DNA from: an uncultured Bacteroidales bacterium
Lineage (GTDB): Bacteria > Bacteroidota > Bacteroidia > Bacteroidales > UBA4417
Direction: 5' to 3'
Assembly (NCBI GenBank): GCA_903946925.1
Contig: CAJAXK010000259.1
Span: 4,286 to 68,285, forward strand
DNA: 64,000 nt
Shown here: one piece after another, positions 46,608 through 57,600 of the stretch
How the letters are laid out: each line of letters opens with the position of its first letter
Position numbering within the stretch: the stretch's first letter is position 1
Notes under the pieces: generated by a model
The model's database searches: none
Seen by the model: only the letters and a program-made list of their open reading frames with translations
Told to the model about the DNA's origin: nothing
Position numbers and translations under genes: made by a program

Positions 46608-49600
46608 TTGTCAAAAAATAGATTCACTTCTTTCGGTATTTATCTTTTCCTAATGCTTTTGCCGGTGGTTTCACAATCGCAGGCACTGCAAATAAACAGG
46701 ACGATTTCGTGGGCAAAACACTTGTCCAAAATAGATACTGCCACCAATGCCATCACTTTCGATGGTGCTTATTGTGCTGACCGTCAAAGTCTTCCGCTTT
46801 GGAACGAAACTTTTTATGACAATGGCCTTTCGGAAAATGTTACAATCGATAATTGCACTTTTCTGGTTTTATCGGATGCCGAGAAATTGGTTTTCAGTGC
46901 CAATAAAATCGATTTGCCTCCTTCAATCGTTCCGGTTATAACTAAAGTTACAAGCAGGAAACAAACAGGGATACTAGTCGAAATTATGCCATTTATTCAT
47001 GATTTGGCAACAAACCAAATCCTGAAACTTTCATCCTTCACCCTTAATTTTGCCGAAAGCGACAAGCCTGAAGCAATTACCTCAAAAACTTACGCTTCCT
47101 CCTCGGTTCTTTCGCAGGGAAGCTGGTATAAACTTGCCGTTACCCAAACCGGCATATATCGCCTCGATTACAACGATCTTGTTGCAATGGGAATCAATCC
47201 GGCTACTATCAATTCTGGCAAAATTGGCATATTTGGCCGGGGTGGCACTATGCTTCCCGAACCAAACAACCAGCCACGTGCCGATGATTTACCTGAAATT
47301 ACCATAGAGATTACTGGTCAGGGCGATGGATCTTTCGATCAGGGCGACCATATTGTTTTTTATGCACAAGGCCCAACTTCTTGGCAGTACAACAACATGA
47401 AACAAATGTGGGAGCATACCCCTCATTTGTACGCCGATACCATCAGCTATTTCCTTACACCTGACCAAGGTACAGGCAAACGCATTTTAGCAAAAGCAAG
47501 TTCTGCCGAAACCGAAACAGATATTGTTGATTCTTACGACTTTTATGCAACGTTTGATGAGAACAACTTCAATCTTGTCAAATCAGGCCGGCAGTGGTTC
47601 TCACAGGTTTTTGATGTAATAACCAGCAGGTCGTATTCTTTCGATATTCCAGCATTAGCAAGCGGAAACGAGGTTAAAGTCCGTTCGGTTACTGCTGCCA
47701 AATCCATCAATGCCAGTTCGTTCGAGTTAAGCGTTGGAAGCCAAGCTTGGACTGTTTCACATTCCCCTATTTCAACTTCCGATGGCAGTGCGGTAGCAAC
47801 AGGTGCTGTTTACTACAAAACCTTACAATCGGTTTCGCTTCCGCTAAAGGTTGACGTAAGGTACATAAAAACTTCAACTTCTGCAGCCGGGTATCTCGAC
47901 TTTTTAGACATAAATGCACGCTGCGCATTAAAATTTTCATCCGGGCAACTGCATTTTCGCGATAGCCGTTCATTCGGTAGCGGACGGACAGCATTGTACC
48001 GTGTAACTTCTGCTGCCGGTAAAGCTAAGATATGGGATGTAACCAACCCTTTGACGATTTTCGCGATTAATGCAAATACCGATGGCAACGATTTGGTTTT
48101 CAAGCTTCCGGCCGATACTATCCGGCAGTTTGTCGCTTACGATGAAAGCCAGTTTTTAAAGCCGGTTTTTGTCCATAAAATTCAAAACCAAAACCTGCAT
48201 GCAACTACCGGGGTGGACATGGTAATTATTGCACCTCAGCTATTTATGGCACAAGCTGTTAGGCTGGCAACCTTTCATGCTAACGCTACCAACCTGAATG
48301 TGCTGGTTTTGGACCCAACCACTATTTACAACGAATTCGCTTCAGGAACAGTTGATATTACTGCCATACGCGATTTTATGAAAATGCTTTACGACAGGGC
48401 GGCAACCGATAAAATGCCGAAATATCTTTTGCTTTTTGGCGATGGCTCTTACGATTATAAAGACAAGATAGCTTCAAATACCAATTTTATCCCTACTTGG
48501 CAATCGGTGGAATCGTTCGACCCCATACACTCCATAGCTACAGATGATTACTTCGGTATCCTCGACGACAACGAAGGGAAATCATATTCCGATGTTATTG
48601 ATATGGGCATTGGCCGGCTGCCAGTGGCAAATGCGCTTGAAGCAGAGCAAGCAGTTGATAAAATAATACATTATTCAGTTGCCTCGCCCGAAAATATGTC
48701 TGATTGGCGTGATATGGTAACCTTTGTTGCCGACGACGAAGACGACGAGCATGTTGAACATTCGGAAATACTGGCAAACGATTTGAACACCAACTACCCC
48801 GAAATGAACATTGATAAGGTTTATCTCGATTCGTATATCCAGGTTGCTTCGTCGAGTGGAAACCGCTATCCCGATGTGAACAAAGCGATAACGCAACGGG
48901 TGGAAAAAGGTAGCCTCATCCTAAATTATATTGGTCATGGCGGCGAAACAGGCTGGGCGCACGAGCAAGTGTTAACGGTTAACGAAATTAACAATTGGTC
49001 CAATTTCGACAATATGCCTGTTTTTGTTACTGCCACCTGCGAATTTAGCCGCTTCGATGATCCTGGCCGCAGGGCTGCCGGCGAGTATGTGCTTACAAAT
49101 CCTAAGGGTGGAGGAATAGCATTGTTTACCACAACCAGGCCAACCTTTGGTACGCCAAATTTTGAGCTGAACAAAAAATTCTTCCAGTATGCAATGAGCA
49201 AACCCGATGGCCAAAGATTGCGTATGGGCGATATAATCATGAATTCCAAACGCGACAAAGGATCCAACGAAAATGGTCGTAAATATGTTCTTTTGGGCGA
49301 TCCAGCCTTGCAAATTGCCTTCCCTGCTTTAAATGTTGTAACCACCAAGTTTAACGGCCACGCACCGGGCAGTAATGCCGATACCCTAAAAGCCTATATG
49401 GAAGTGAGCATCGAAGGGATTATTGCCGATGCTAATGGAAATATTGTTTCTGATTTTAATGGTACAATTTACCCAACGGTTTTCGACAAAGCTGTAACAC
49501 AGAAAACCCTTGCCAACGATGGAGGTACAATTTTTTCGTACTTATTGCGTAAAAACCTGCTGTATAAGGGAACGGTGAAAGTTGAAAACGGACATTTTAG

Positions 49601-50405
49601 TTTTACGTTTATTGTACCTAAAGATATTGCATACCAATATGATACAGGTAAAATTAGCTATTATGCCACCAATGGTGTTAGCGATGCAGTTGGGTTTTAT
49701 ACAAATGTAATTGTCGGCGGTTCTACCGATGTTGAGGTTATTGACACCCAAGGCCCTGATATTAGTTTGTATATGAACAACAAACTTTTTCAGGATGGGG
49801 GAATTACCGACCAGAATGCTAAATTGCTTGCGTTGGTAAGCGACGAAAACGGTATAAATACAGTGGGAAATGGAATTGGGCACGATATTACGGCTGTACT
49901 CGATGGCAACACTTCGGAACCTTATATCCTGAACGATTTTTACCAATCGGATATCAATACTTTCAAAAGTGGGTATATCTGGTTCCCATTTTCTATGCTG
50001 GCAACTGGCGAACACACAATCAATTTGAAAGTTTGGGATATTTTCAATAATTCTTCCGAAGCCGAAATACATTTTACGGTTGTGCCATCGGGCGATTTTG
50101 TGATTTCAAAAACCTACAGCTACCCTAACCCATTCAGAGAATACACCGATATTGTGTTTGAACACAATCAGCAAGGTGTTGATTTCGATGTGCGGGCCGA
50201 AATTTATTCCCTTTCGGGGCAGTTGGTTAGGGTAATTGAACAAACTTCGGCACAATCAGGCTCAGTAAGCACACCAATCCGTTGGGATGGCTTGCGCGAA
50301 AATGGAAGCAGGATGGGCAATGGCTTGTATATTTACAATCTTATTGTTCATGCTTCCAATGGGTTGGATTCACAAGTTTCTGGCAGGCTGGTTTTGCAGA
50401 AATAA
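46608..50405 (+). CDS. porU: PorU-like T9SS C-terminal signal peptidase (C25 family), paralogue 1 (most divergent)
   Basis: 1265 aa, TTG start, signal peptide. 'GSWYKLAVTQTGIYRLDYNDLVAMG', 'NYIGHGGETGWAHE' (His) and 'VFVTATCEFSRFDDP' (Cys). CTD 'YSYPNPFREYTDIVFEHN'. Confidence 0.85.
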   Translation: MSKNRFTSFGIYLFLMLLPVVSQSQALQINRTISWAKHLSKIDTATNAITFDGAYCADRQSLPLWNETFYDNGLSENVTIDNCTFLVLSDAEKLVFSANKIDLPPSIVPVITKVTSRKQTGILVEIMPFIHDLATNQILKLSSFTLNFAESDKPEAITSKTYASSSVLSQGSWYKLAVTQTGIYRLDYNDLVAMGINPATINSGKIGIFGRGGTMLPEPNNQPRADDLPEITIEITGQGDGSFDQGDHIVFYAQGPTSWQYNNMKQMWEHTPHLYADTISYFLTPDQGTGKRILAKASSAETETDIVDSYDFYATFDENNFNLVKSGRQWFSQVFDVITSRSYSFDIPALASGNEVKVRSVTAAKSINASSFELSVGSQAWTVSHSPISTSDGSAVATGAVYYKTLQSVSLPLKVDVRYIKTSTSAAGYLDFLDINARCALKFSSGQLHFRDSRSFGSGRTALYRVTSAAGKAKIWDVTNPLTIFAINANTDGNDLVFKLPADTIRQFVAYDESQFLKPVFVHKIQNQNLHATTGVDMVIIAPQLFMAQAVRLATFHANATNLNVLVLDPTTIYNEFASGTVDITAIRDFMKMLYDRAATDKMPKYLLLFGDGSYDYKDKIASNTNFIPTWQSVESFDPIHSIATDDYFGILDDNEGKSYSDVIDMGIGRLPVANALEAEQAVDKIIHYSVASPENMSDWRDMVTFVADDEDDEHVEHSEILANDLNTNYPEMNIDKVYLDSYIQVASSSGNRYPDVNKAITQRVEKGSLILNYIGHGGETGWAHEQVLTVNEINNWSNFDNMPVFVTATCEFSRFDDPGRRAAGEYVLTNPKGGGIALFTTTRPTFGTPNFELNKKFFQYAMSKPDGQRLRMGDIIMNSKRDKGSNENGRKYVLLGDPALQIAFPALNVVTTKFNGHAPGSNADTLKAYMEVSIEGIIADANGNIVSDFNGTIYPTVFDKAVTQKTLANDGGTIFSYLLRKNLLYKGTVKVENGHFSFTFIVPKDIAYQYDTGKISYYATNGVSDAVGFYTNVIVGGSTDVEVIDTQGPDISLYMNNKLFQDGGITDQNAKLLALVSDENGINTVGNGIGHDITAVLDGNTSEPYILNDFYQSDINTFKSGYIWFPFSMLATGEHTINLKVWDIFNNSSEAEIHFTVVPSGDFVISKTYSYPNPFREYTDIVFEHNQQGVDFDVRAEIYSLSGQLVRVIEQTSAQSGSVSTPIRWDGLRENGSRMGNGLYIYNLIVHASNGLDSQVSGRLVLQK

Positions 50406-50410
50406 ACAAC

Positions 50411-50575
50411 TTTAAAAGTGAGTCCACTCCGAAAAGTTTTTTTCGCCACAAAGGCACTAAGTTTCACGAAGAATATAGTGCTGATTAACAATGCTCTGTG
50501 TTCCTCTGTGTTCTCCGTGCCTCCGTGGTTTCCTTTTTTTTTAGACTTTTCGGAGAGGACTTAAAAGTATTGCTA
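50411..50575 (+). repeat. MITE-like hairpin repeat, copy B
   Basis: '...GAGTCCACTCCGAAAAGTTTTTTTCGCCACAAAGGCACTAAG...CTGATTAACAATGCTCTGTGTTCCTCTGTGTTCTCCGTGCCTCCGTGGTTTCCTTTTTTTTTAGACTTTTCGGAGAGGACTT'. Inverted arms; collinear with copy A. Confidence 0.65.
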
Positions 50576-50620
50576 TCACTTCATAAAAAACAACATCAAT
50601 TTAAACCGTCAGACCAAAGC

Positions 50621-53600
50621 ATGAATACATACCAGAAACTTTTTGTTACAGGGCTTTTTCTTGTTATAGCCAACACCTTGCTTTTAGGGCAGGGCATACA
50701 GAAAAAAGTAACCTTGAATTGGAAAGGCATTCAAGCCATTGAAGGGATCAACTACGAAGTTGTGGATGCTTTGGTGGCAGAGGACTTAAACAACAATGCA
50801 ACAAGGAATTACACGCCCGAATATTTCGAGAAATTCAAGCTGCCAAAAGGTGTAAATAATTGCGAAATCCTAATTACCAATACGGTTTTCGAACCATTGA
50901 ATAGCGAGGATTTGGACAAGCTCAGCTTCCCTTTGCTCCCTACCGAAACACTTTCGCCAGTTGTGGAAACTGCTACCGAAAGGGGAATACAGATGGCCAT
51001 GCTATCGCTTGTACCAGTTGTAATGAACCCGGAAGGCGGAATTATGCGCTTAAAATCATTCCAGATTGATGTGGTTTATAATTACTCAAGCTTTAAAAAT
51101 GCAGTTGCCCAAAATGCTTCTTTTGCACCACATTCAGTACTTGCACAAGGAAACTGGTATAAAATCCAACTCAATAAAACCGGGATTTATAAAATTACTT
51201 ACGCCGAAATGCAGGCAATGGGTGTTAACATGTCAACAATTACCCCAAATTCCATTAGGCTTTTTGGGAATGGCGGTGGCATGTTGCCCGAGTCGAATAG
51301 CGTTTTCCGTAACGACGACCTTACTGAAAACCCAATTAAAGTAGTTAGTGCCAATGCCAATGTGTTTGCATCTGGTGATTACATTTTGTTTTATGGTACA
51401 GCTCCCCATAAAACCGTTTATAACAAAACTGCTAAGAAATTTGAACATTCAACCAATATTTATTCCGACAATACTTTTTATTACTTGAATTTTGAAGGCA
51501 CTACAGGTTTGAGGATTGAGGATATGCAGCAATCAACTCTTACGCCTAATTATACTTGTACCAGCTTTTTTGATGGTGTTTTTTATGAAAAGGACAAAAT
51601 AAATTTTATCAATTCAGGCAAAGATTGGTTTGGCGAACGCATGGATGCTACAGCCAATTCATTTGAACTGCCTGAGTTTAATTTTCCAAATCTAAAAACC
51701 GGTAATCAAGCCTGGATACGATACCATGTTGCAGCAAGGGCAACCAGCAATACTACTTTTACGGTTTCTATCAATGGTACCGAGGTTTCAAAACCCTCAT
51801 GTTCGGCCTTTGCAAATTACAATTATGCCTCCGACCGTACTGAAACAAAGAGTTTTATCCCCAACGATGAAAAAATAAAAGTTTCTTTCCAATATAACGG
51901 AGGGGGAACATCCATTGGCTGGCTCGATTGGGTTGAACTGAACGTGGTGCGGGCATTGAAATTTACCAGCGGCCAAATGGCTTTTGCCGATCCAGTTTCT
52001 GTTGCCAAGGATAGGGTTACAGAATTTCAATTGCAATCCTCCTCGCCCAATGTGGTTGTTTGGGAAGTAACTGATCCATTAAAAGTAAAGCGTGTGCTTA
52101 CTGCGTTCCAAACCGATGTAAGCAAGTTTGTTTTAAATACCGATTCGCTGCGCCAATTTGTTGCCTGGGACAATACCTCGTTCCTTTCAACAACATTTAC
52201 CGAAAAAGTGATAAACCAGGATTTGCATGGCATTGAATCTACTGATTTTTTGATTGTTACTCACAAAGATTATCTTGATCAGGCAGGCCGCCTTGCCGAT
52301 CACCACCGAATAGCTGATGGTATGAAGGTTACTGTTGTTACTAACGAGCAAGTTTACAACGAGTTCTCATCTGGCTCGCCCGATATTTTGGCTATACGCG
52401 ATATTTGCCGCATGTTATATAATCGTCCGGCGGCTGGAAACAAGCTCCAATATTTGTTGCTTTTTGGCGATGGTTCATTCGATTTTAAAGACCGGGTTCC
52501 TGAAAACACAAACCGTGTTCTTGCATTTCAAACCAAAGAATCACTCAACACGGTTTATTCTTATGCAAGCGATGATTTTTTTGGGTTACTTGATGCCAAC
52601 GAAGGAAATGATGGAATTGGTTTGATAGATATTGGAATCGGGCGTTTCCCTGTAAACACTGCCGCACAAGCCAAAACCGCGGTTGACAAATGCCTTTTCT
52701 ATGCCAGTAACGGAATAGCATCCTTGGGCGATTGGCGCAATAAACTTTGCTTTGTTGCCGACGATGGAAACGGCAACACCCATTTTTCGCAGGTCGAGAA
52801 ACAGATTTGTCCCTTGGTGGAGGAAATTGCCCCTGTTTATAACGTAAATAAAGTTTATCTCGATGCGTTCAAGCAAGTTTCAACACCAACAGGGCAGCGT
52901 TGCCCCGATGCAAATACCGCTATAAAAACCAATGTCGAAAACGGGGTTTTGGTAATGAACTATACCGGGCATGGTGGCGAAACAGGTTGGGCCGACGAAG
53001 GGATACTTACCATCAGCGAAATAGATGCATGGACAAACTATGCGAACATGCCGGTTTTTATGACAGCAACTTGTGAGTTCAGCCGTTTTGATGATCCTGC
53101 GCGGGTATCGGCTGGCGAACATGTTTTCCTTAACCCTGTTGGTGGCGGCATAGCCCTGTTTACCACCACACGTTTGGCAAACGCAGGCACAAATATTGGG
53201 CTAACCCTTTATTTTTACGATACGCTTTTTGCAAAATACAATGGCGAATATCCTCGTTTTGGTGATGTTATAGCTCATGCGAAAAACAAAATGGGAGGCA
53301 ATGATGCCGCATTGATACGCAATTTCGTACTGCTTGGCGACCCTGCTTTGCGTTTGGCTTATCCAAAACATAATGTAATTACTACCGAGATAAATGGCCG
53401 CAAAACCGGTTCCGGGATGGATACCATTTCGGCCATGGAAGCAGTAGAAATTAAAGGGATAATTGCTGATCAAAATGGCAATAAGCTTACCGGTTTTAAT
53501 GGCAAAATGGATGTAAAAGTCTTTGATAAAGAACGCACTTTAATGACCTTAGGTTCCGAACCCGGCGACTATCCCGACGATTACACCCTTCAGGATAATT

Positions 53601-54445
53601 ACATCTATCAGGGCAGAGCAACTGTTGCCAATGGCGATTTTACCATCAATTTTATAGTTCCACGTGATATAGATTACAGTTATGGTTTTGGAAAAATCTC
53701 TTACTATGCCCACGATAGCCTTGTTGATGCCAATGGCTATTGCAAGGAATTGATAATTGGTGGTTCCGGCGATGAAAGCACTGATAATGAAGGCCCACAG
53801 ATAGCATTATTTTTAGATGGACTTAATTTTAAAGATGGTGATATCACTGGCGATACGCCTTTGCTGATTGCACAGTTGAGCGACGAAAGCGGGATTAATA
53901 CAGTGAGCAACGGAATTGGGCATGATATAGTGGCAACTCTGGATGGCGATAATTCTTCATCCGTTGTGCTGAATAGTTTTTACAACGCCGAACTCGACAG
54001 TTACAGCACAGGGGTGGTTTTATACAACCTGCCGGAGCTTACCGAAGGGGAGCATACATTAACACTGAAAGCCTGGGATGTTTTCAATAATTCGTCTTCG
54101 GCAACAATAAATTTCAAGGTGTCGAAAAATATACAAATCACCATTACCAGCATAAACGCAAGCCCAAACCCTTTCACTGAGGAAGTAAACGTTGCTTTCG
54201 ACGTCAACCTATCCAATTCGCCAATCGAAGCCCATCTCGAAATTTTTAACATCAACGGTTCTCTTGTTAGCACAACCGAAACTAATTTAATGGTAGCACA
54301 AGGCTATAAAGCCGGTGTGTTGACGTGGGATGGACGTGGCAATTCGGGGGCGCCAATCCCGCCAGGGGTTTACATTGTTAGTGTAAGGGCAAGCAACGGC
54401 AATTCCGAAACGGTAAAAGCTGTTAAGGTGGTGAAACTCAAATAG
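50621..54445 (+). CDS. porU: PorU-like T9SS C-terminal signal peptidase (C25 family), paralogue 2
   Basis: Start moved to ATG 50621 ('MNTYQKLFVTGLFLVIANTLLLGQG') because the upstream codons read through repeat copy B. 'NYTGHGGETGWADE' and 'VFMTATCEFSRFDDP'. CTD 'ASPNPFTEEVNVAFDVN'. Confidence 0.85.
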   Translation: MNTYQKLFVTGLFLVIANTLLLGQGIQKKVTLNWKGIQAIEGINYEVVDALVAEDLNNNATRNYTPEYFEKFKLPKGVNNCEILITNTVFEPLNSEDLDKLSFPLLPTETLSPVVETATERGIQMAMLSLVPVVMNPEGGIMRLKSFQIDVVYNYSSFKNAVAQNASFAPHSVLAQGNWYKIQLNKTGIYKITYAEMQAMGVNMSTITPNSIRLFGNGGGMLPESNSVFRNDDLTENPIKVVSANANVFASGDYILFYGTAPHKTVYNKTAKKFEHSTNIYSDNTFYYLNFEGTTGLRIEDMQQSTLTPNYTCTSFFDGVFYEKDKINFINSGKDWFGERMDATANSFELPEFNFPNLKTGNQAWIRYHVAARATSNTTFTVSINGTEVSKPSCSAFANYNYASDRTETKSFIPNDEKIKVSFQYNGGGTSIGWLDWVELNVVRALKFTSGQMAFADPVSVAKDRVTEFQLQSSSPNVVVWEVTDPLKVKRVLTAFQTDVSKFVLNTDSLRQFVAWDNTSFLSTTFTEKVINQDLHGIESTDFLIVTHKDYLDQAGRLADHHRIADGMKVTVVTNEQVYNEFSSGSPDILAIRDICRMLYNRPAAGNKLQYLLLFGDGSFDFKDRVPENTNRVLAFQTKESLNTVYSYASDDFFGLLDANEGNDGIGLIDIGIGRFPVNTAAQAKTAVDKCLFYASNGIASLGDWRNKLCFVADDGNGNTHFSQVEKQICPLVEEIAPVYNVNKVYLDAFKQVSTPTGQRCPDANTAIKTNVENGVLVMNYTGHGGETGWADEGILTISEIDAWTNYANMPVFMTATCEFSRFDDPARVSAGEHVFLNPVGGGIALFTTTRLANAGTNIGLTLYFYDTLFAKYNGEYPRFGDVIAHAKNKMGGNDAALIRNFVLLGDPALRLAYPKHNVITTEINGRKTGSGMDTISAMEAVEIKGIIADQNGNKLTGFNGKMDVKVFDKERTLMTLGSEPGDYPDDYTLQDNYIYQGRATVANGDFTINFIVPRDIDYSYGFGKISYYAHDSLVDANGYCKELIIGGSGDESTDNEGPQIALFLDGLNFKDGDITGDTPLLIAQLSDESGINTVSNGIGHDIVATLDGDNSSSVVLNSFYNAELDSYSTGVVLYNLPELTEGEHTLTLKAWDVFNNSSSATINFKVSKNIQITITSINASPNPFTEEVNVAFDVNLSNSPIEAHLEIFNINGSLVSTTETNLMVAQGYKAGVLTWDGRGNSGAPIPPGVYIVSVRASNGNSETVKAVKVVKLK

Positions 54446-54641
54446 CGAACTATTGCAAGATTAGGGAAAGTGGTTGTCTGATAATGAGTTTCCGATACTT
54501 GACATATTTTATTTTGCAATAAACTTTGGATTGAAAACCTGTTTATCCCAGGTTCTCTAATCCGCATTCTCGATTTGAAGATATACGCGAAAGCAATAAT
54601 TCAAGAAATTTCAGTTATACGATTGGCAATAACATTCAATC

Positions 54642-57600
54642 ATGCAAAAAGGAATAAAGTGTTTTTTGACTTTAGTTACTCTAATAGCTTTACAATTATT
54701 GGCTACGGCCCAGGTAAGTCAGCAAAAAGTTGTTATTGACTGGCTGGGAATCAAAACCGTAAGCGGCTTCGACAATGAACCCATAAATGTCCTATTTGCC
54801 CCGGGCTTGGCGAATGTGGCTTCAAAAAACTACAGCCCCGAATATTTCAAAAAAACCAAACTCCCTGCTGGTGTTGCCCTCGACACTGTTTTGATTACCC
54901 ATGTCGTTTATGAAACCCTAAGCCCGGAACAACAAAAATCGCTCACTTTTAAGCTATTGCCTTGCGATACGCTTTCCCCGAAAATTGAAACCGGGACCGA
55001 ACGCGGCATTAGCATGTTGATGATTACATTAAACCCATTGGTTTCAAGTGCTGATGGCAGCATAATGCGATTAAAATCCTTTCAGATTGATATTGTTTTT
55101 CGCCCTGATACAACAACAAACCAAACAAAAAAGGCTGCTGCTTATGCCTCACATTCTGTCCTTGCACAAGGCGGTTGGTATAAAATACAGTTGAACAAAA
55201 CGGGTATTTATAAAATTACCTATTCCGACATTCAGGCAATGGGAGTGAATATGGCGGAGGTGAAACCCGAAAACATAAGGTTGTTTGGAAATGGTGGCGG
55301 TTTGTTGCCCGAAGCAAACATCACATTCCGCCACGACGACCTCACCGAAAACGCTATAAAAGTAGTTTCGGCCAATGCCAACGTTTTCGCGCCGGGCGAT
55401 TATTTGCTTTTTTACGGCACTTCGCCCAACAAGATTGAATACAACAAAACGACAAAGAAATTTGAGCATATTCAGAATATTTATTCGGATTATACTTATT
55501 ACTACCTGAATTTTGATGGTGGCACAGGTTTGCGGATCGAAGATCAATACCAATCCATACTGCTCCCAACGTATGTTTCCACAAGTTTTGTCGAAGGCGT
55601 TTTTTACGAAAAGGATCTTTCGAACCTGATAATTTCGGGCAAAAATTGGGTTGGCGAACGTTTCGATGCAAACAACAATGTGTTTCAACTTCCGCGTTTT
55701 GAATTCCAGAACATAAATCCCGGCAAACAAGCCTGGATCCGTTACCGCTTATTGGCAAGGGCAAACTTATCCACAACCTTTGATGTAAAAGTAAATGGGA
55801 AGCTGGTTTCATCCCCTTCAATAAGTGCTATTGGCAATTACAATTTTGCCAGCGAACGCATCGAAACCAAAAGCTTTATCCCTGAAACAGGGATAATTGA
55901 TGTGGCTTTTGAATATAAAGGCACAGGTGTAACCATCGGCTGGCTCGATTGGGTTGAACTAAACATTACCCACCAACTTAAATTTACCGGTGGGCAAATG
56001 GCTTTTGCGGATCCCATTTCGGTTGCAAATAGCAGGGTTACCGAATTCCAGTTGCAGGCTTCTTCGGCCAATGTTTCTATTTGGGAAGTAACAAACCCTG
56101 TTAAGGTTTCCAAAATAGTGGCCGATTTGCAAGGGGATGTAAGCAAATTTGTGTTGCCAACCGATTCGTTAAGGCAGTTTGTGGCTTGGGACAACTCAGC
56201 TTTTTTAACAGCTACTTTTGCCGGTAAAATTGCAAACCAGGATTTGCATGGCATTGCTGCCGCAGATTTTTTAATCGTAACCAACCAGGATTTTTTGGAA
56301 CAAGCCAACCGTTTGGCCAATCACCACAGGGTTTTTGATGGTATGAAAGTTGAAGTGGTTACAAACGAACAGGTTTACAACGAATTTTCTTCCGGTTCGC
56401 CCGATGTGGCGGCCATACGCGATTTTGCAAGGATGCTTTACCAAAAACCCGATGCAAAAGACAAACTCCGCTATCTGCTGCTTTTTGGTGATGGGTCGTA
56501 TGATTATAAAGATAAGATTGCCAATAACACCAATAAGGTATTGGCTTTTGAAACCAAAGAATCGGAGCATACTGTTTATTCGTGCGCCTGCGATGATTTT
56601 TTCGGTCAGTTGGATGTCAACGAAGGCTATGACGCATCGGGATTGATAGATATTGGTATTGGCAGGTTCCCGGTAAATACGCCCGAACAGGCAAAAGCAG
56701 TCGTGGATAAGTGCATACATTACGCAACCAACAGTGTGAACTCATTGGGCGATTGGCGAAATAAAATATGCCTCACAGCCGACGATGGCGATGGGAATTA
56801 TCATTTTGGCCAGGCCGAACACGATTTGGCACCATTTATTGAAAAGATTGACCTTGTTTATAACCTGAATAAAATTTATGTTGATTCGTTTAAGCAAACA
56901 GCCACTGCCACAGGTGAGCGTTGCCCCGATGCCAATACAGCAATTAATGCAAATGTTGAAAATGGTGTGCTTATAATGAACTATACAGGGCATGGTGGCG
57001 AAACGGGTTGGGCAAACGAAGGCATACTTTCGGTGAAAGAAATTGAAGCTTGGACTAACTTTAACAATATGCCCTTGTTCATGACCGCGACCTGTGAGTT
57101 TAGCCGTTTCGACGACCCAAACCGGATTTCGGCCGGCGAACATGTGCTTTTAAACCCATTTGGTGGCGGGGTAGCACTTTTTACAACCACACGCTTGGCA
57201 AGTTCGGGTCCCAATATCAGGTTGAACCTTTATTTCTACGATTCTATTTTAAGCCATATTAATGGCGAATACCCACGTTTTGGCGATGTAATAGCATATT
57301 CCAAAAACCAAATTTCGGGCGACGAGAAACTATATATCCGAAACTTTGTGCTGCTTGGCGACCCTGCTTTGCAACTGGCATATCCCAAAAACCAGGTTAT
57401 CACCACGCAAATCAACGGACGGGATTTAAAGCAAGGAACGGACACCATTTCGGCTATGGAAGCTGTTGAAATCAAAGGCATAATTGCCGATCAGCAAAGC
57501 ACAAAACTTAGTTGGTTCAATGGGATAATAGATGTAAAAGTTTTTGATAAAGAACGTACCTTAATGACCTTAGGCTTCGATCCCGACGACTGGCCCGAAG

